Shown piece after piece: positions 37,501 to 46,901 of a stretch of 64,000 nucleotides of DNA (position 1 is the first letter of the stretch; the number at the start of each line of letters is the position of its first letter). Under the pieces are notes generated by a model that had not been told where the DNA came from, searched no databases, and saw only the letters and a list, made by a program, of their open reading frames with translations. The position numbers were made by a program, and so were the translations under genes. The stretch covers positions 1 through 64,000 of IMG/VR virus record IMGVR_UViG_3300035670_000034; one strand, given 5' to 3'. The stretch is from a virus.

Positions 37501-40500
37501 GAAGCCGTTCTCGATGCAGCCACAGAGCAACAAAAACAAATTTTGTCAGGAAACTGGCGTGATGCTTCCTGGAACACGTCAGACCCGGTCGACTGGGGCA
37601 GGGCTCTGCGTTCGAGGCCGGAAGATGTCGTTAACGCGGTAGAAAATCAACTAATTCCATTTATGGATTTAATTGACTCCTCAGAAGTGCCAACTGATAC
37701 GGTTGCCGAAGTTCAACTGCCACTTGGCTCACTTGGTTTTCCTGGTGACGAAGGGGGTTCAATGCTGTCTGTGAACAAACACTTCACGGCCGTAATGCAC
37801 TCTGCTGAAGACGCTGATTTTGGTGGTTCCGAAAATGCAGAACGAATTCTATTGCTCGTGCCAGAAGGTTCGACTGGACTTCCCGATTACACCCCAGGAA
37901 CGCAAAGGGGGGAAGTTGGCTCCCTCATAATGCCACCAGGAGACATAGAAATACTAGGCAGGGCAGATGATGGGGCGGTAATAGGAAAAGTTTCATCGCA
38001 AAAACCAACAAGCCAACAACTGAATGAATTGCGACAAGTTCTTCATTCTCTCGGCTCGAACGAATCGATGCCGCTTGGAAAGAGGATTGTCGCCAAGCGG
38101 GCTGAAAACAGAATTGAAAGGCGCCAAGAGGCATCGCGCATTGGTCGAGCGCAGGCGGCAGTGGCCATGGAAATGGACCCAAGAAATTCAAGGTTGGCTA
38201 GACAAATTGAATATGACCCACAAACACGAACGCTTTCCGTCTCATATAGAAATGGCCACAAACGCGAATTTCAAAATGTTCCGTATGGGAAAGTTAGAGA
38301 TGCGGGCGCCTCAAGTTCTCCCGACAAACTCATTAGAGAACTTGAAGACATTCCCCAGGAATACAACCCAAGCGCTCCGCTACCAAGAAATTTTGGACTT
38401 GCCTCCAGTACTGTTTCGCAAATCAATGAATCAGCCAGAAAACAAAATGCCAGACAAAGAACAGTGGATATTTTGGCACGTGCTGGAGATATTGGTGTTG
38501 ACATAGACAGACAGGAAAGAGAAATAGTTCCAAGAATAAAAGAACAAATATCTGACAATCTCAAGTATGCACGCGAGCAGGTTCGACTTCTGGATATTGA
38601 CCAGGACACTGCAACACTCATAAGACAAAGTGCCGCAAACGGCATGTCAGATTCAGAAATATTACGCAATGTTGTTGGAGGAAGATTCGAAGACAATTTT
38701 GCATCACGACTGTCGATACTCAGGGCGGTTGCGGAGGGCAAGGGCGATACCGAATTGGTTTCTCAAATTGATGATTTTGTAAAAGATATTTCAGATATGA
38801 GTGATGACGAATTCAAAAAAGCCTACGAGGAAGCACTGGAAACTTTTACCAGCCCGTTTGATGACAGGCCAGTTGTTTTGGTGAGAGACCCACTTGCGAT
38901 AGTTGGAAGAGGTAGATATTTAACAACCCATGAGGGCACAAGAACCATGGGCGGAACCAATACATTTGATGACGACACGGTAAGAAACGCAAGAATGGCA
39001 ACAGAATCAATGCTATTTGGTTTTAATGGAGACACAGATGTAGACACGCAGGCTTTGCGTCCATCAAGTGGTTTGACTATGAGCAAGCACCACTCAGAAG
39101 ACAGGGCGGAAAGACTGAGGGCAATTTACGGCGACGGAGTTGAAATACAACACAATTACCCCACCGCAAGCACCGCAGGGCAGAATGTTGCGACCACTGG
39201 AAGTGGCAAAAATGCTTCATCAACAGGCAGGGCATATGGCGACGTTTCCATAATCCTTCGCCCTGAAACATCAGACAGAACACTCTCGGTTAGCGGTGAT
39301 TCAATAAGCGGAGTCAGCACCAGTGGCTCTGATGTGCTGGAGCCAAGCGGAAAACTATCGAATATTGCCAAAGATGGAAAATTGGCATCTACGTTTTTTA
39401 ATCCCGCAGCAGTAATTTTTGACGCAAGAACAAACAGGAAAAACACCATTGCGAGCGCGGCTCAATCAAATAGAAAAACATACATTGAAAGCCTTACTTT
39501 GGGAAGTTTTGAAAATCAAGATATTCAAGCCATAGTTGGCGGTGCACAGCAACTTCGCGGCGACAAAATATGGCGCGCCGACGAATCAACAATGAGCATG
39601 TCGGGGGTTAACCCGAGCGCAAGTTTCACAAGCATGATTGGCGCTGCTCGCACTAGAGACGACATGCTCGAAAAATACGGGATAGACGTTGTTCCACAAA
39701 GTAGATTTTTTGACCTTGACGAAGTTGAACCGTTTAACGCCTCGATGACAGAAAAATGGGTTGAAGAAAAAATCAAAAAAGGTGATTTTTCAAACGTTTC
39801 CGCATCTGACTTAATACCAAACGAAAAAACAACTCCATACGAGGCTCTTTTGCGCTACCAAAAGAGAAGAGCGGAAAACGATGGAGAATTTCCGGTATTT
39901 GACCATCCAGACAATGCTTCAGGATTTGATGATGCAAGCAAAGCAAAGAATAGAGCAAACTTCATATCCATGGTGGACGAAGAACTCAAACGAGTTGGTG
40001 GTGGGGGAAGTGACTCCACGACACGCCGAAGTGCTGGCCTGGCCTCCTCAACGGAAAATTATGGTTCTGAAACCATAAAAAGAAATATTGAGAGAGCAGA
40101 CGAAAGAGTAATAGAGGCGGACAGACGGGTTAGCGCCCTAGAAAAAGCACTTGACCATCTTGAAAAAACAGGTGAATGGAGGGGGGAGGATTTTGGTGTT
40201 TCGGCATCAATGGACCCCAACTACATGGGTGATGTTGACCTCTTCGATAGCACGGGAATAAGGAACCTATCAAAGGCCGAGGTGGAGGAATTAAACATTG
40301 GCCTAGATGGTCTCAAAACAAAAGTTCGCAAGAAAATACAACTAGCCAAAAAAGAACGTGTTTTTCAAGAGCATTTAGCAAAAAGCAAAAAGAAACGACA
40401 TTCTCAAAATGTGCTTGACGTAGAAGACATACCAGACGAAGAACTCGATGTCTTGATTAAAGAAGCATTGGATATGGCCGACATGGAACCAAGCGCCAAA

Positions 40501-43500
40501 CGACAAGAATTTGTTGATGGCGATGGCCGTACTGCGGTTGTTCACGTTGGCTCGCCGGAGTTGGACGGCGATGCCCTAGACCCTTCGAAGACAAGCGGAG
40601 TAGATACCAGAACATCAAGTTCTGGCAACACTGGTCAATTGAATCAAATGGCAATAGCATCATTTAGAAATCAACACGAACGAATCAAGGGTGAGGTTTC
40701 TGCAATTAACGGCGTTGTCAACGCAGTCAAAACAAATCGCGGAAAATATAAGCCGCGAAATAGCACCGAAGCAAACTATCTCAATTCTGTATTTTCAATT
40801 CCGCGCGACACAAAGACAAGGTCGTACACAAGATTTACTGAAGGTTATGAGTTTGATTTGCTAAAAGATGGACCAAAATTTTTCATGGGTGTTAGCAAAG
40901 ATGATGAACCAGATAGGTATCTTTCGGCAATAGCGGAAAGATTGCCAGAAAGACTTCAAGACTTAACAAAACGACTTGAAAAATCACAGAGAGTCATAGA
41001 CAAGATAGATACGAGCCCAGAATTTGGTTTCCTGAGTTCGTACCCAGCATCACTGCCTTTTACTGACAGAGGATATTTTGGTAGAAATGCAGGTAAAGCA
41101 ATTCCAAAAGACGTCGGAGAGTGGAGAACCGAATACGAAAGAACACGTGATGGCGGGGACAAGGGCCATGTGGTTCTGGACGACGAAATGTGGTCGAGAT
41201 GGAACAATCATCTGAGGGGTACTGGCTGGCTTGTACCAGACGATGGTGACAACATTACGACAGACCTTGGACCGGGTGACGGAGAACACCAAATTCTTGG
41301 TAAAACAAAACCGATATTTGGGTTTTCTGCTCCAGTATCTGACAATGCAGTGAGAGAAAGGCTCAGGGGTAGGTCGCCATCTGCACGAAGCGCAGTTTCC
41401 CTTATTGGCGATGCACTAATGGCTCGAGCAATGAGGCTAAAGAGGGAAGGTCGCGAGATAACACCCGCTTCGGTGCTTTCCGCCCGCCGTGGAAAACCAC
41501 TTCCAGATGTCCAACCGCCTCGTTCGATAGCGTCTGGTGCCGGAAACGTAGTGTCTGGTCTTGCGTCGTCAACGACTGATGGTCCAACAAAACCACAGTA
41601 TCCAAGAAAACCAACCTATGGACCGTTGCTTGGCAAGGCCAATGAGATATTTGATGGAGTTAAAACGTGGGAAGAGTTTAAGAAGAGATACGAAGATACC
41701 GAAATTACATTTATCGACTACGAAACAACTGGACTCAAGTTTGACGAATGGAATTTCTCCAACGGAAACGGCAATGTTGTACAAATAGGCGGAGTAAAGG
41801 TAAAAAACGGCAAGGTTGTTGACCGTTTTTCCACATTTGTTAACCCAGGAATGAAGAGAGACGAATGGGAAGATTGGTCAAAGAAAACACTGAAAGACGG
41901 CGCTGGCAACCTGCTTTCAGATGATTTTTTGGCTGACAAGCCTTCTGTGGCTGATGCTCATAAGCAATTTGCTAAATGGGCAGGACCAAACGCAATCATG
42001 GGTGTTCAGAATGCAGCCTTTGATAAAGACGTCCTTGATGATGCATTGCGCGAAAACGGCATTGATTGGAGCCCAGACGGCTGGATTGACCTTAAAGATG
42101 TTGCGGCAATGACCCTCCCCAGGTGGAGCGAGGAAAATCCGGATGGTCCATTTAGGTTTGACAAAAAGAAAAAGAAAAATGTTCCGTCCAACTCACTTGC
42201 CGACATAACTAAGTATCTTGACGTAAAACTTGATGAATCCGACCATCACGACGCAAGCAATGATGCTGAGGCAACTGCGAAATCTCTTCAAACACTAATT
42301 GATAGGGCAATAGAAAAACGATGGTCGCCAGATGTCTTTGATAAGACAAAACGCGACAACTACGTGCGCGCCTCAGAAGAAAAATTTAAAAATGACATAG
42401 AGATATTTGAAACAGAAAAAACGAATTGGATTAATCAATCTAATGGCCTTGCAAGTAGAACAACAGACCAAAAAATCACTCAAGGTCCACAATTCGAAGC
42501 AGGCGGCAGAGACGACAAGGGTATGCCAAGAATGATTGACCCATCAGAAGCAAATGTGAGGTTTGGCGGAAGTAAGCGCGCTGCTAAAAAATATTTTAAA
42601 GATAAATATGGAATAAATGTAAAGATGCGAACTGGGCCTAAATCCTTTTCTGACATTGACGGTCCGACTGCAGGTGTACTGCAGGCAATTGATGATGCGC
42701 TAAGTCAAATTCCAAATTTAAAAAAATTGATTGGAAAAGACAATTTAGAAATATCAACTCAAGCGCAGTATAGTTCTACATTCGATTTTGATGTTGGCAC
42801 CCGCGGTGCAATAGTGCGTAGGCAGAAATGGGGCGGCTGGGCAAAATTTATTCCCGGAATACAAGGCCAAAAATATAATATAATTCTCAACGGAGAAGCA
42901 CTACAAAGTGCTGAACTGAAGTATATTTACGGCAAGGGGAGCAGAGTTAGAAGAGAAAAATTTACGACTGGTTCTACCGAACTGACAGACACTTGGAGCA
43001 TGGCTAACTTATTTGCACAATTTGGCATACCTGATAGGACTGACTTTGATGATGTAGCCAATGACCCTGATTTTAAATATGGCGAATTATCTGGAAAAGC
43101 CGCAAAGGAAAAATTGGAAGATGAAGTTAGACAAAGACTTGCATATGCGATAACAATTCATGAATTGGGTCATTTCTTCGATTCGCAGGCCAGGGATAGA
43201 AGAGACATAGAGTCTCGGGGTGGTTTTTCAGAAACATATGGCGGCGGCAAAGGGTTTCACGAAGAGATGTTTTTTAGTTCGAGTTCGGCCGCAATGTCAG
43301 GCGAAGATGTTTCTCGTGGTGTTGATTGGCGAACTGCACCATCTGTATCACAATACGGGAAAACAAACGAGAAAGAAAGAATGGCTGAAGCCTTTATGGC
43401 TTGGTTTTTGTTTTCTGGAAGTGAATCAGTAGATGTGGCAATTGAGGGAAATGACAAAATCACACAATTCAGAGAAGCAATGGCCACAATCGTTAGGCCG

Positions 43501-43719
43501 CTTTTGGAAAAACTTGGTGATGGAATAAAGAGCGCCAAAAAACCAAAGAAAAAAGACGACGGCATATCCTTGGAGGATTTACCGCCTTTTGCCGTCCTAT
43601 ACGCCTTAATGCCGCTTGCACGTGTTGCCCAAAAGGGTAACAATGAGTCTGGTAAAATTGCTCGTAGGCGCGCGCGCAGAATGCGACGCAATGAAAAAAA
43701 GAACGAAGAACTTGTGTGA
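34600..43719 (+). CDS. Giant polyvalent head-module protein (3039 aa): two zincin HExxH peptidases, KTSC-like, ART-like folds, DEDDh 3'-5' exonuclease
   Basis: AHEMVH (36616-36630); KTSC-like (38167-38349); IDYETTG...NAAFD...HDASND exonuclease (41700-42300); IHELGH plus SQYGKTNEKERMAEAF (43159-43395). Confidence 0.85.
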   Translation: MPAMQEHRLVVSRTITSGRFSPVIEKSIRERIEDFAEVRQLLSLYPFSADYAVKAAMGGSKRTGGARNPAADNKAKRQKELNFRRLGTYCFDPKATRKPNQYFETKPRFNLDGQMGDVANVGWLDVPKAVEPENLVKRANEFYASQAGKPKIIARAAKINKRTGQLEAKALGQPIGRVAGNIGQAAARAIGIVLDPSGRMRCPPGVPAANQFTDEIGSNCFDFTPAIGRAVMNIVRRATQSIIDDVNKIDGALPIVRNEDGSISEVSAETASLIRGGLRSSTGTIRGPRGELLGPDGMPIRRPEPPALPDVTPEFDRDVADIASRSRAIPPEEYEEVFEGMIRRAYPELSLSEVKRLAKQAVRRQRMKDKQRADVKEVLDFASSLGIEIDPTDPNSVQDGLAKVLNALKQPENGAWDINLKSYFGNRFGSGDMSVAMLEHRARQLESIINYAITNPAAFGMDSEEFKSLIVSRFGGSPQRLHDGMLEVLTGIKSIEEVFGSEPRARSLFASIVKKHNQMRMQEAGLLIGLINQRRRNPELTKDMHTLSILDPFDRRGEMSDAITYVDPRKNGYGMHLNPLATVMQSDEFMGGPTPDYILFEPDGAAGTEVAKLAAITSSLDAHGAARAKQAYLSELQNIDVYQESVGRGDGWQQFDLLQNLGQAGSGMYIMAHEMVHGRQLMLIQKYLKSIPGLTDSMTNEDIIQLSQDLLAGDRKFPSVFGHDWDYSSIISNKDWLPSAVENMPEIIQILLRKNAGGKYAMNQYWHAAFTDPFLSAKSTDELYLHLNNLRQKMETMDPNSTQFEQALLVFNEMAQIYNSGDMGKMQAAFASHKQKSALVFAEMQAELMAGIESGLIEMTPEIEAFLGPLAPGRDIPSDFGIVNPDAKPVVAVTRESIKEGIKNTISIRKNIERGKRKLRERMAMNDLPDSIPGLGSDTTGDSRRIFDALSGVASRTDMSKRGFLVREAVLDAATEQQKQILSGNWRDASWNTSDPVDWGRALRSRPEDVVNAVENQLIPFMDLIDSSEVPTDTVAEVQLPLGSLGFPGDEGGSMLSVNKHFTAVMHSAEDADFGGSENAERILLLVPEGSTGLPDYTPGTQRGEVGSLIMPPGDIEILGRADDGAVIGKVSSQKPTSQQLNELRQVLHSLGSNESMPLGKRIVAKRAENRIERRQEASRIGRAQAAVAMEMDPRNSRLARQIEYDPQTRTLSVSYRNGHKREFQNVPYGKVRDAGASSSPDKLIRELEDIPQEYNPSAPLPRNFGLASSTVSQINESARKQNARQRTVDILARAGDIGVDIDRQEREIVPRIKEQISDNLKYAREQVRLLDIDQDTATLIRQSAANGMSDSEILRNVVGGRFEDNFASRLSILRAVAEGKGDTELVSQIDDFVKDISDMSDDEFKKAYEEALETFTSPFDDRPVVLVRDPLAIVGRGRYLTTHEGTRTMGGTNTFDDDTVRNARMATESMLFGFNGDTDVDTQALRPSSGLTMSKHHSEDRAERLRAIYGDGVEIQHNYPTASTAGQNVATTGSGKNASSTGRAYGDVSIILRPETSDRTLSVSGDSISGVSTSGSDVLEPSGKLSNIAKDGKLASTFFNPAAVIFDARTNRKNTIASAAQSNRKTYIESLTLGSFENQDIQAIVGGAQQLRGDKIWRADESTMSMSGVNPSASFTSMIGAARTRDDMLEKYGIDVVPQSRFFDLDEVEPFNASMTEKWVEEKIKKGDFSNVSASDLIPNEKTTPYEALLRYQKRRAENDGEFPVFDHPDNASGFDDASKAKNRANFISMVDEELKRVGGGGSDSTTRRSAGLASSTENYGSETIKRNIERADERVIEADRRVSALEKALDHLEKTGEWRGEDFGVSASMDPNYMGDVDLFDSTGIRNLSKAEVEELNIGLDGLKTKVRKKIQLAKKERVFQEHLAKSKKKRHSQNVLDVEDIPDEELDVLIKEALDMADMEPSAKRQEFVDGDGRTAVVHVGSPELDGDALDPSKTSGVDTRTSSSGNTGQLNQMAIASFRNQHERIKGEVSAINGVVNAVKTNRGKYKPRNSTEANYLNSVFSIPRDTKTRSYTRFTEGYEFDLLKDGPKFFMGVSKDDEPDRYLSAIAERLPERLQDLTKRLEKSQRVIDKIDTSPEFGFLSSYPASLPFTDRGYFGRNAGKAIPKDVGEWRTEYERTRDGGDKGHVVLDDEMWSRWNNHLRGTGWLVPDDGDNITTDLGPGDGEHQILGKTKPIFGFSAPVSDNAVRERLRGRSPSARSAVSLIGDALMARAMRLKREGREITPASVLSARRGKPLPDVQPPRSIASGAGNVVSGLASSTTDGPTKPQYPRKPTYGPLLGKANEIFDGVKTWEEFKKRYEDTEITFIDYETTGLKFDEWNFSNGNGNVVQIGGVKVKNGKVVDRFSTFVNPGMKRDEWEDWSKKTLKDGAGNLLSDDFLADKPSVADAHKQFAKWAGPNAIMGVQNAAFDKDVLDDALRENGIDWSPDGWIDLKDVAAMTLPRWSEENPDGPFRFDKKKKKNVPSNSLADITKYLDVKLDESDHHDASNDAEATAKSLQTLIDRAIEKRWSPDVFDKTKRDNYVRASEEKFKNDIEIFETEKTNWINQSNGLASRTTDQKITQGPQFEAGGRDDKGMPRMIDPSEANVRFGGSKRAAKKYFKDKYGINVKMRTGPKSFSDIDGPTAGVLQAIDDALSQIPNLKKLIGKDNLEISTQAQYSSTFDFDVGTRGAIVRRQKWGGWAKFIPGIQGQKYNIILNGEALQSAELKYIYGKGSRVRREKFTTGSTELTDTWSMANLFAQFGIPDRTDFDDVANDPDFKYGELSGKAAKEKLEDEVRQRLAYAITIHELGHFFDSQARDRRDIESRGGFSETYGGGKGFHEEMFFSSSSAAMSGEDVSRGVDWRTAPSVSQYGKTNEKERMAEAFMAWFLFSGSESVDVAIEGNDKITQFREAMATIVRPLLEKLGDGIKSAKKPKKKDDGISLEDLPPFAVLYALMPLARVAQKGNNESGKIARRRARRMRRNEKKNEELV

Positions 43720-44177
43720 CCATGAAATCAATACTTGTCGGGAAAAAAGGAAACAACAGGGTTTATTTTGTGGTCGACTCGAATAGCCAGGAATCAGATG
43801 GAATTGTTAAAAATATTGTTGGAGACACAGAAGTTGTTAATTTTTGGCAATATGTTGACGACAATCCATCTATGCACAAAATTAAGGGAACGGTCTTCCA
43901 CGACTACCTTTGGGACGGACATCAATCCAAAACGGGAGTTCACTGGTATTCTGTTTTTGTAAGCAAATCTTTGCCGATAAGTGATAATTTGCTGGATGGC
44001 GCCATAGTCAACAAAGATATTTTGCGCCGTATACCAAAGTCACTTGATTACGAAAATAGGGCAATGGATTTCAAACTGGCCAAAAACACTGGGAATTGGT
44101 CGCAGAAAATGATTTCGCATTGGATAGATAACCCAAATAGGCAATTTAAAACCAAAAAACGAAAGAAAAAGAAGTGA
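43716..44177 (+). CDS. Hypothetical protein (153 aa)
   Basis: 4-nt overlap with the giant gene. Confidence 0.65.
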   Translation: MTMKSILVGKKGNNRVYFVVDSNSQESDGIVKNIVGDTEVVNFWQYVDDNPSMHKIKGTVFHDYLWDGHQSKTGVHWYSVFVSKSLPISDNLLDGAIVNKDILRRIPKSLDYENRAMDFKLAKNTGNWSQKMISHWIDNPNRQFKTKKRKKKK

Positions 44178-44833
44178 ACGAGTTTGATTTCAAAGCGCCG
44201 CAGGATGTTATTTTTGACCTCCCGCAAGAAAGAATCACTGGTGACATTCTTCGTGGGTATGGTCCGCGTCGAGGAAATCTAGAAAGACTTTTAAGATACT
44301 GGCGCCCGATAATGCGAAAGCCGGGTGGATTCAGAAGGTGTCGTGTTATCTTGGCCAACCACCCAGAACTCTACCCGCTTAATAATATTTGCGCATGGCT
44401 ACACCATGAAACAACTGGCCTATGGCCAAATGAGGGATGCCACCATCCGGGTATGAAGAATTGCAAGGGAAAACTCAAGAAAAGAAATTGGACCAATTCT
44501 GAATTCGGTGAGCGACTTAGCCGTGCAATTAGGGCCCCCAAGAAACTCGCAAGAAGTGTTGGTTCCGCAAAGCCACTCGGAAAAACAGCAGAGCAATTAG
44601 AAAATAAAGATGAATTTTTTTCAGAGGATATATGGCGGGAAAAATCAGAAGAGGTAAATCTTTTGACCGCTGGCGACATGGAGTACGCTGATAAGGTCCT
44701 CATGGAATTCATGGATGCAGAATCAGAATTCGTAAAATACCTGCGTAATGATGACAATTGGGAGATAGAGGGCGAGGATGCTGCCGGAATGCCAGTAAAA
44801 GCACAATACATCGGAATGAAGTGTTGCGGATAA
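44174..44833 (+). CDS. Hypothetical head-module protein (219 aa)
   Basis: GTG start overlapping the previous stop. LLRYWR..MRKPGGFRRC...CAWLHHETTGLWP His/Cys/Trp motif. Confidence 0.7.
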   Translation: MNEFDFKAPQDVIFDLPQERITGDILRGYGPRRGNLERLLRYWRPIMRKPGGFRRCRVILANHPELYPLNNICAWLHHETTGLWPNEGCHHPGMKNCKGKLKKRNWTNSEFGERLSRAIRAPKKLARSVGSAKPLGKTAEQLENKDEFFSEDIWREKSEEVNLLTAGDMEYADKVLMEFMDAESEFVKYLRNDDNWEIEGEDAAGMPVKAQYIGMKCCG

Positions 44834-44834
44834 T

Positions 44835-46901
44835 ATGCAAAACAAACTCGTAGTTTCTGAAATTAAGTCAATTGTCACTAAGAGTTTGTGCTGCCCTGAC
44901 ACAGAAATAAAAAAGACTCGAGTTGTGTTTGCTTCTAATGGAAATGCACCAACAAAAATAATGAAGCATTTTGCCGCAACCAGGCAGGAACTAATTTCCT
45001 ATAAGGCCCTCATCAAACGCTCTGGACGTGGCAGGGACATGGAGTTCAAGAGAATCGGCACAGTCGCTTCAAATAGTCGATTGCTGCAAGGTGCGCAGGC
45101 AGTCGGTTCCGCGATAACGCCCGGAAACCTAAGCGTAGTCAGAAGTCCAATTAGGTCTGCGCTCACAAGAGCGATAACGCCAGGAATCCCTGGAATTCCA
45201 GGGCGTGGTCGTGGTGGTGATGGTTACTCTAGGTGTCCAGAGGGATATCAATACGGCGGAAGATTTACCGATAATAGATTTTCTACGTGTGGTCAAAAAT
45301 TATTTGCATTGCCAGGACCATTGGGTGCCGCAATAGGCCTAATAAGAAGGATTATTAGACAGGAAACTCCAAGCGCAACAACAACGGGAACTGTTCTTGG
45401 CGCTGGCAATTACCCAGAAGGCAACGTTTCTAGTAGGGCACCGCAAATTCCAAGAGTTTCACTTTCTAACCCAGCAAGAGCACGCGCAGAAATTCAAAAA
45501 CTCGTAAAACCACTTGGCGCAGTTGACCAAGCGACATCGAGAATGGTGAGAAGAGACGGGTTTGTTCTTGAGCCTGTCGTTCCGCCGTCTGTTTTGCGAA
45601 CAATCCCAGACAACAGGGATATGGAAGGCGCCACATACATGATGAGCGTCTCTAGTCCTGACCTGATTGGCAAAGATGAACTTGGCCTATTGTCAAATAC
45701 TGGTGTTCAAAGTCTTAAGTACATTCTCCCTGGCGGTAGTGAATTGACTCTTGAGAAGCGTCGCCCGCTTACGGTTGGTGAAAGAAGAAAACTTGGACGA
45801 ACCGTTAACTCTGCAATTGAATCCAGCAACTCAAAGGACCCGGCGTCACGCTTAAAGATGGTCGCCATGGAAACTGGCGATGGAATTGGTTATTCGGAAA
45901 AATTTGTTGGAATAAAGAACCCGAATGAAATAGGCAAAGATGGACGTCAACGTTGGGCCAGCATGGCTTTTGCGAAGAGAAATATTAAACCGAGAAATAC
46001 CGAAGAAGTTGACGTTCCGGCAGCGGAGGAGGCGGCACCAACTCCACAAGCGGCACAAGAAATCGGCGGGAAAATCACCACTGTCGCCGATGCAGTTGCC
46101 CATATTGCTCGTGGAGGTTCGTTGTCTCAAATATCGCCAGAGATATTGCAGCAAGCACTCGCAAAAGCGAACGGAATCAAGAGGGACAGAATTTCTGACT
46201 CTCGCTTCATGATGACATTGCCCAATGGGGATAAGTACATAGAGAATGTGAAGCCCTCCAAGTACGAAGCCTTGGGGCAAAGATTTGCCTCAGAAGTTCA
46301 GCAACATCTTGGCCTTGAGTCACCGGCAATATCTTTCATTGGAATTGGCGATTCACGAAGGTATTTGGTTGAAAGTCCAGAAATTGCACTAAAAGGCGGA
46401 AAAGTAAACGACGATGCAACATTTAGAAGTTCACCCTGGCAAGAAGTTTCGAGACTTATGATTGCAGACGTTTTAACCGATGTACAGAACAGAAATCCTG
46501 GTTCTGTTGAGATAGTCGACTCAAATAATCGACAAAAAATTGTTCCGATGGTTAATGATGGCGCGGGTTTGGTTGAGTTGTCAAAAATATCAATCCGCGA
46601 AAGAACAGAGCAATCTTTAACTGATTTGTTTTCGCCAACACAAAGCCAGTTGTACGCCCAGTACTTTAGGGAACTGAGGGAAAGCCAGCGCGCCCAGCAA
46701 CTTAAATTTATTGCTACACTTATTCAACGCGCCAGAGAGTTTAACTTTTCTAACTTTAAGTCAAAACTTTACAACGACGGAAAACTTACCGATGGCGAAA
46801 AGATACACCTAAATATTCTGCAAAAACTTTACGAGCAGAGATTGAATCAATTGGTAACCCAAAATGAAGTATTCAACGAGATAGTTTCTGGTAAGAAATG
46901 A
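44835..46901 (+). CDS. Head-module protein (688 aa) with CPxG-FTD module and C-terminal HipA-like (probably degenerate) kinase fold
   Basis: CPEGYQYGGRFTDNRFSTC; C-terminal EALGQRFASEVQQHLGLESP...DVLTDVQNRNPGS. Confidence 0.65.
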   Translation: MQNKLVVSEIKSIVTKSLCCPDTEIKKTRVVFASNGNAPTKIMKHFAATRQELISYKALIKRSGRGRDMEFKRIGTVASNSRLLQGAQAVGSAITPGNLSVVRSPIRSALTRAITPGIPGIPGRGRGGDGYSRCPEGYQYGGRFTDNRFSTCGQKLFALPGPLGAAIGLIRRIIRQETPSATTTGTVLGAGNYPEGNVSSRAPQIPRVSLSNPARARAEIQKLVKPLGAVDQATSRMVRRDGFVLEPVVPPSVLRTIPDNRDMEGATYMMSVSSPDLIGKDELGLLSNTGVQSLKYILPGGSELTLEKRRPLTVGERRKLGRTVNSAIESSNSKDPASRLKMVAMETGDGIGYSEKFVGIKNPNEIGKDGRQRWASMAFAKRNIKPRNTEEVDVPAAEEAAPTPQAAQEIGGKITTVADAVAHIARGGSLSQISPEILQQALAKANGIKRDRISDSRFMMTLPNGDKYIENVKPSKYEALGQRFASEVQQHLGLESPAISFIGIGDSRRYLVESPEIALKGGKVNDDATFRSSPWQEVSRLMIADVLTDVQNRNPGSVEIVDSNNRQKIVPMVNDGAGLVELSKISIRERTEQSLTDLFSPTQSQLYAQYFRELRESQRAQQLKFIATLIQRAREFNFSNFKSKLYNDGKLTDGEKIHLNILQKLYEQRLNQLVTQNEVFNEIVSGKK

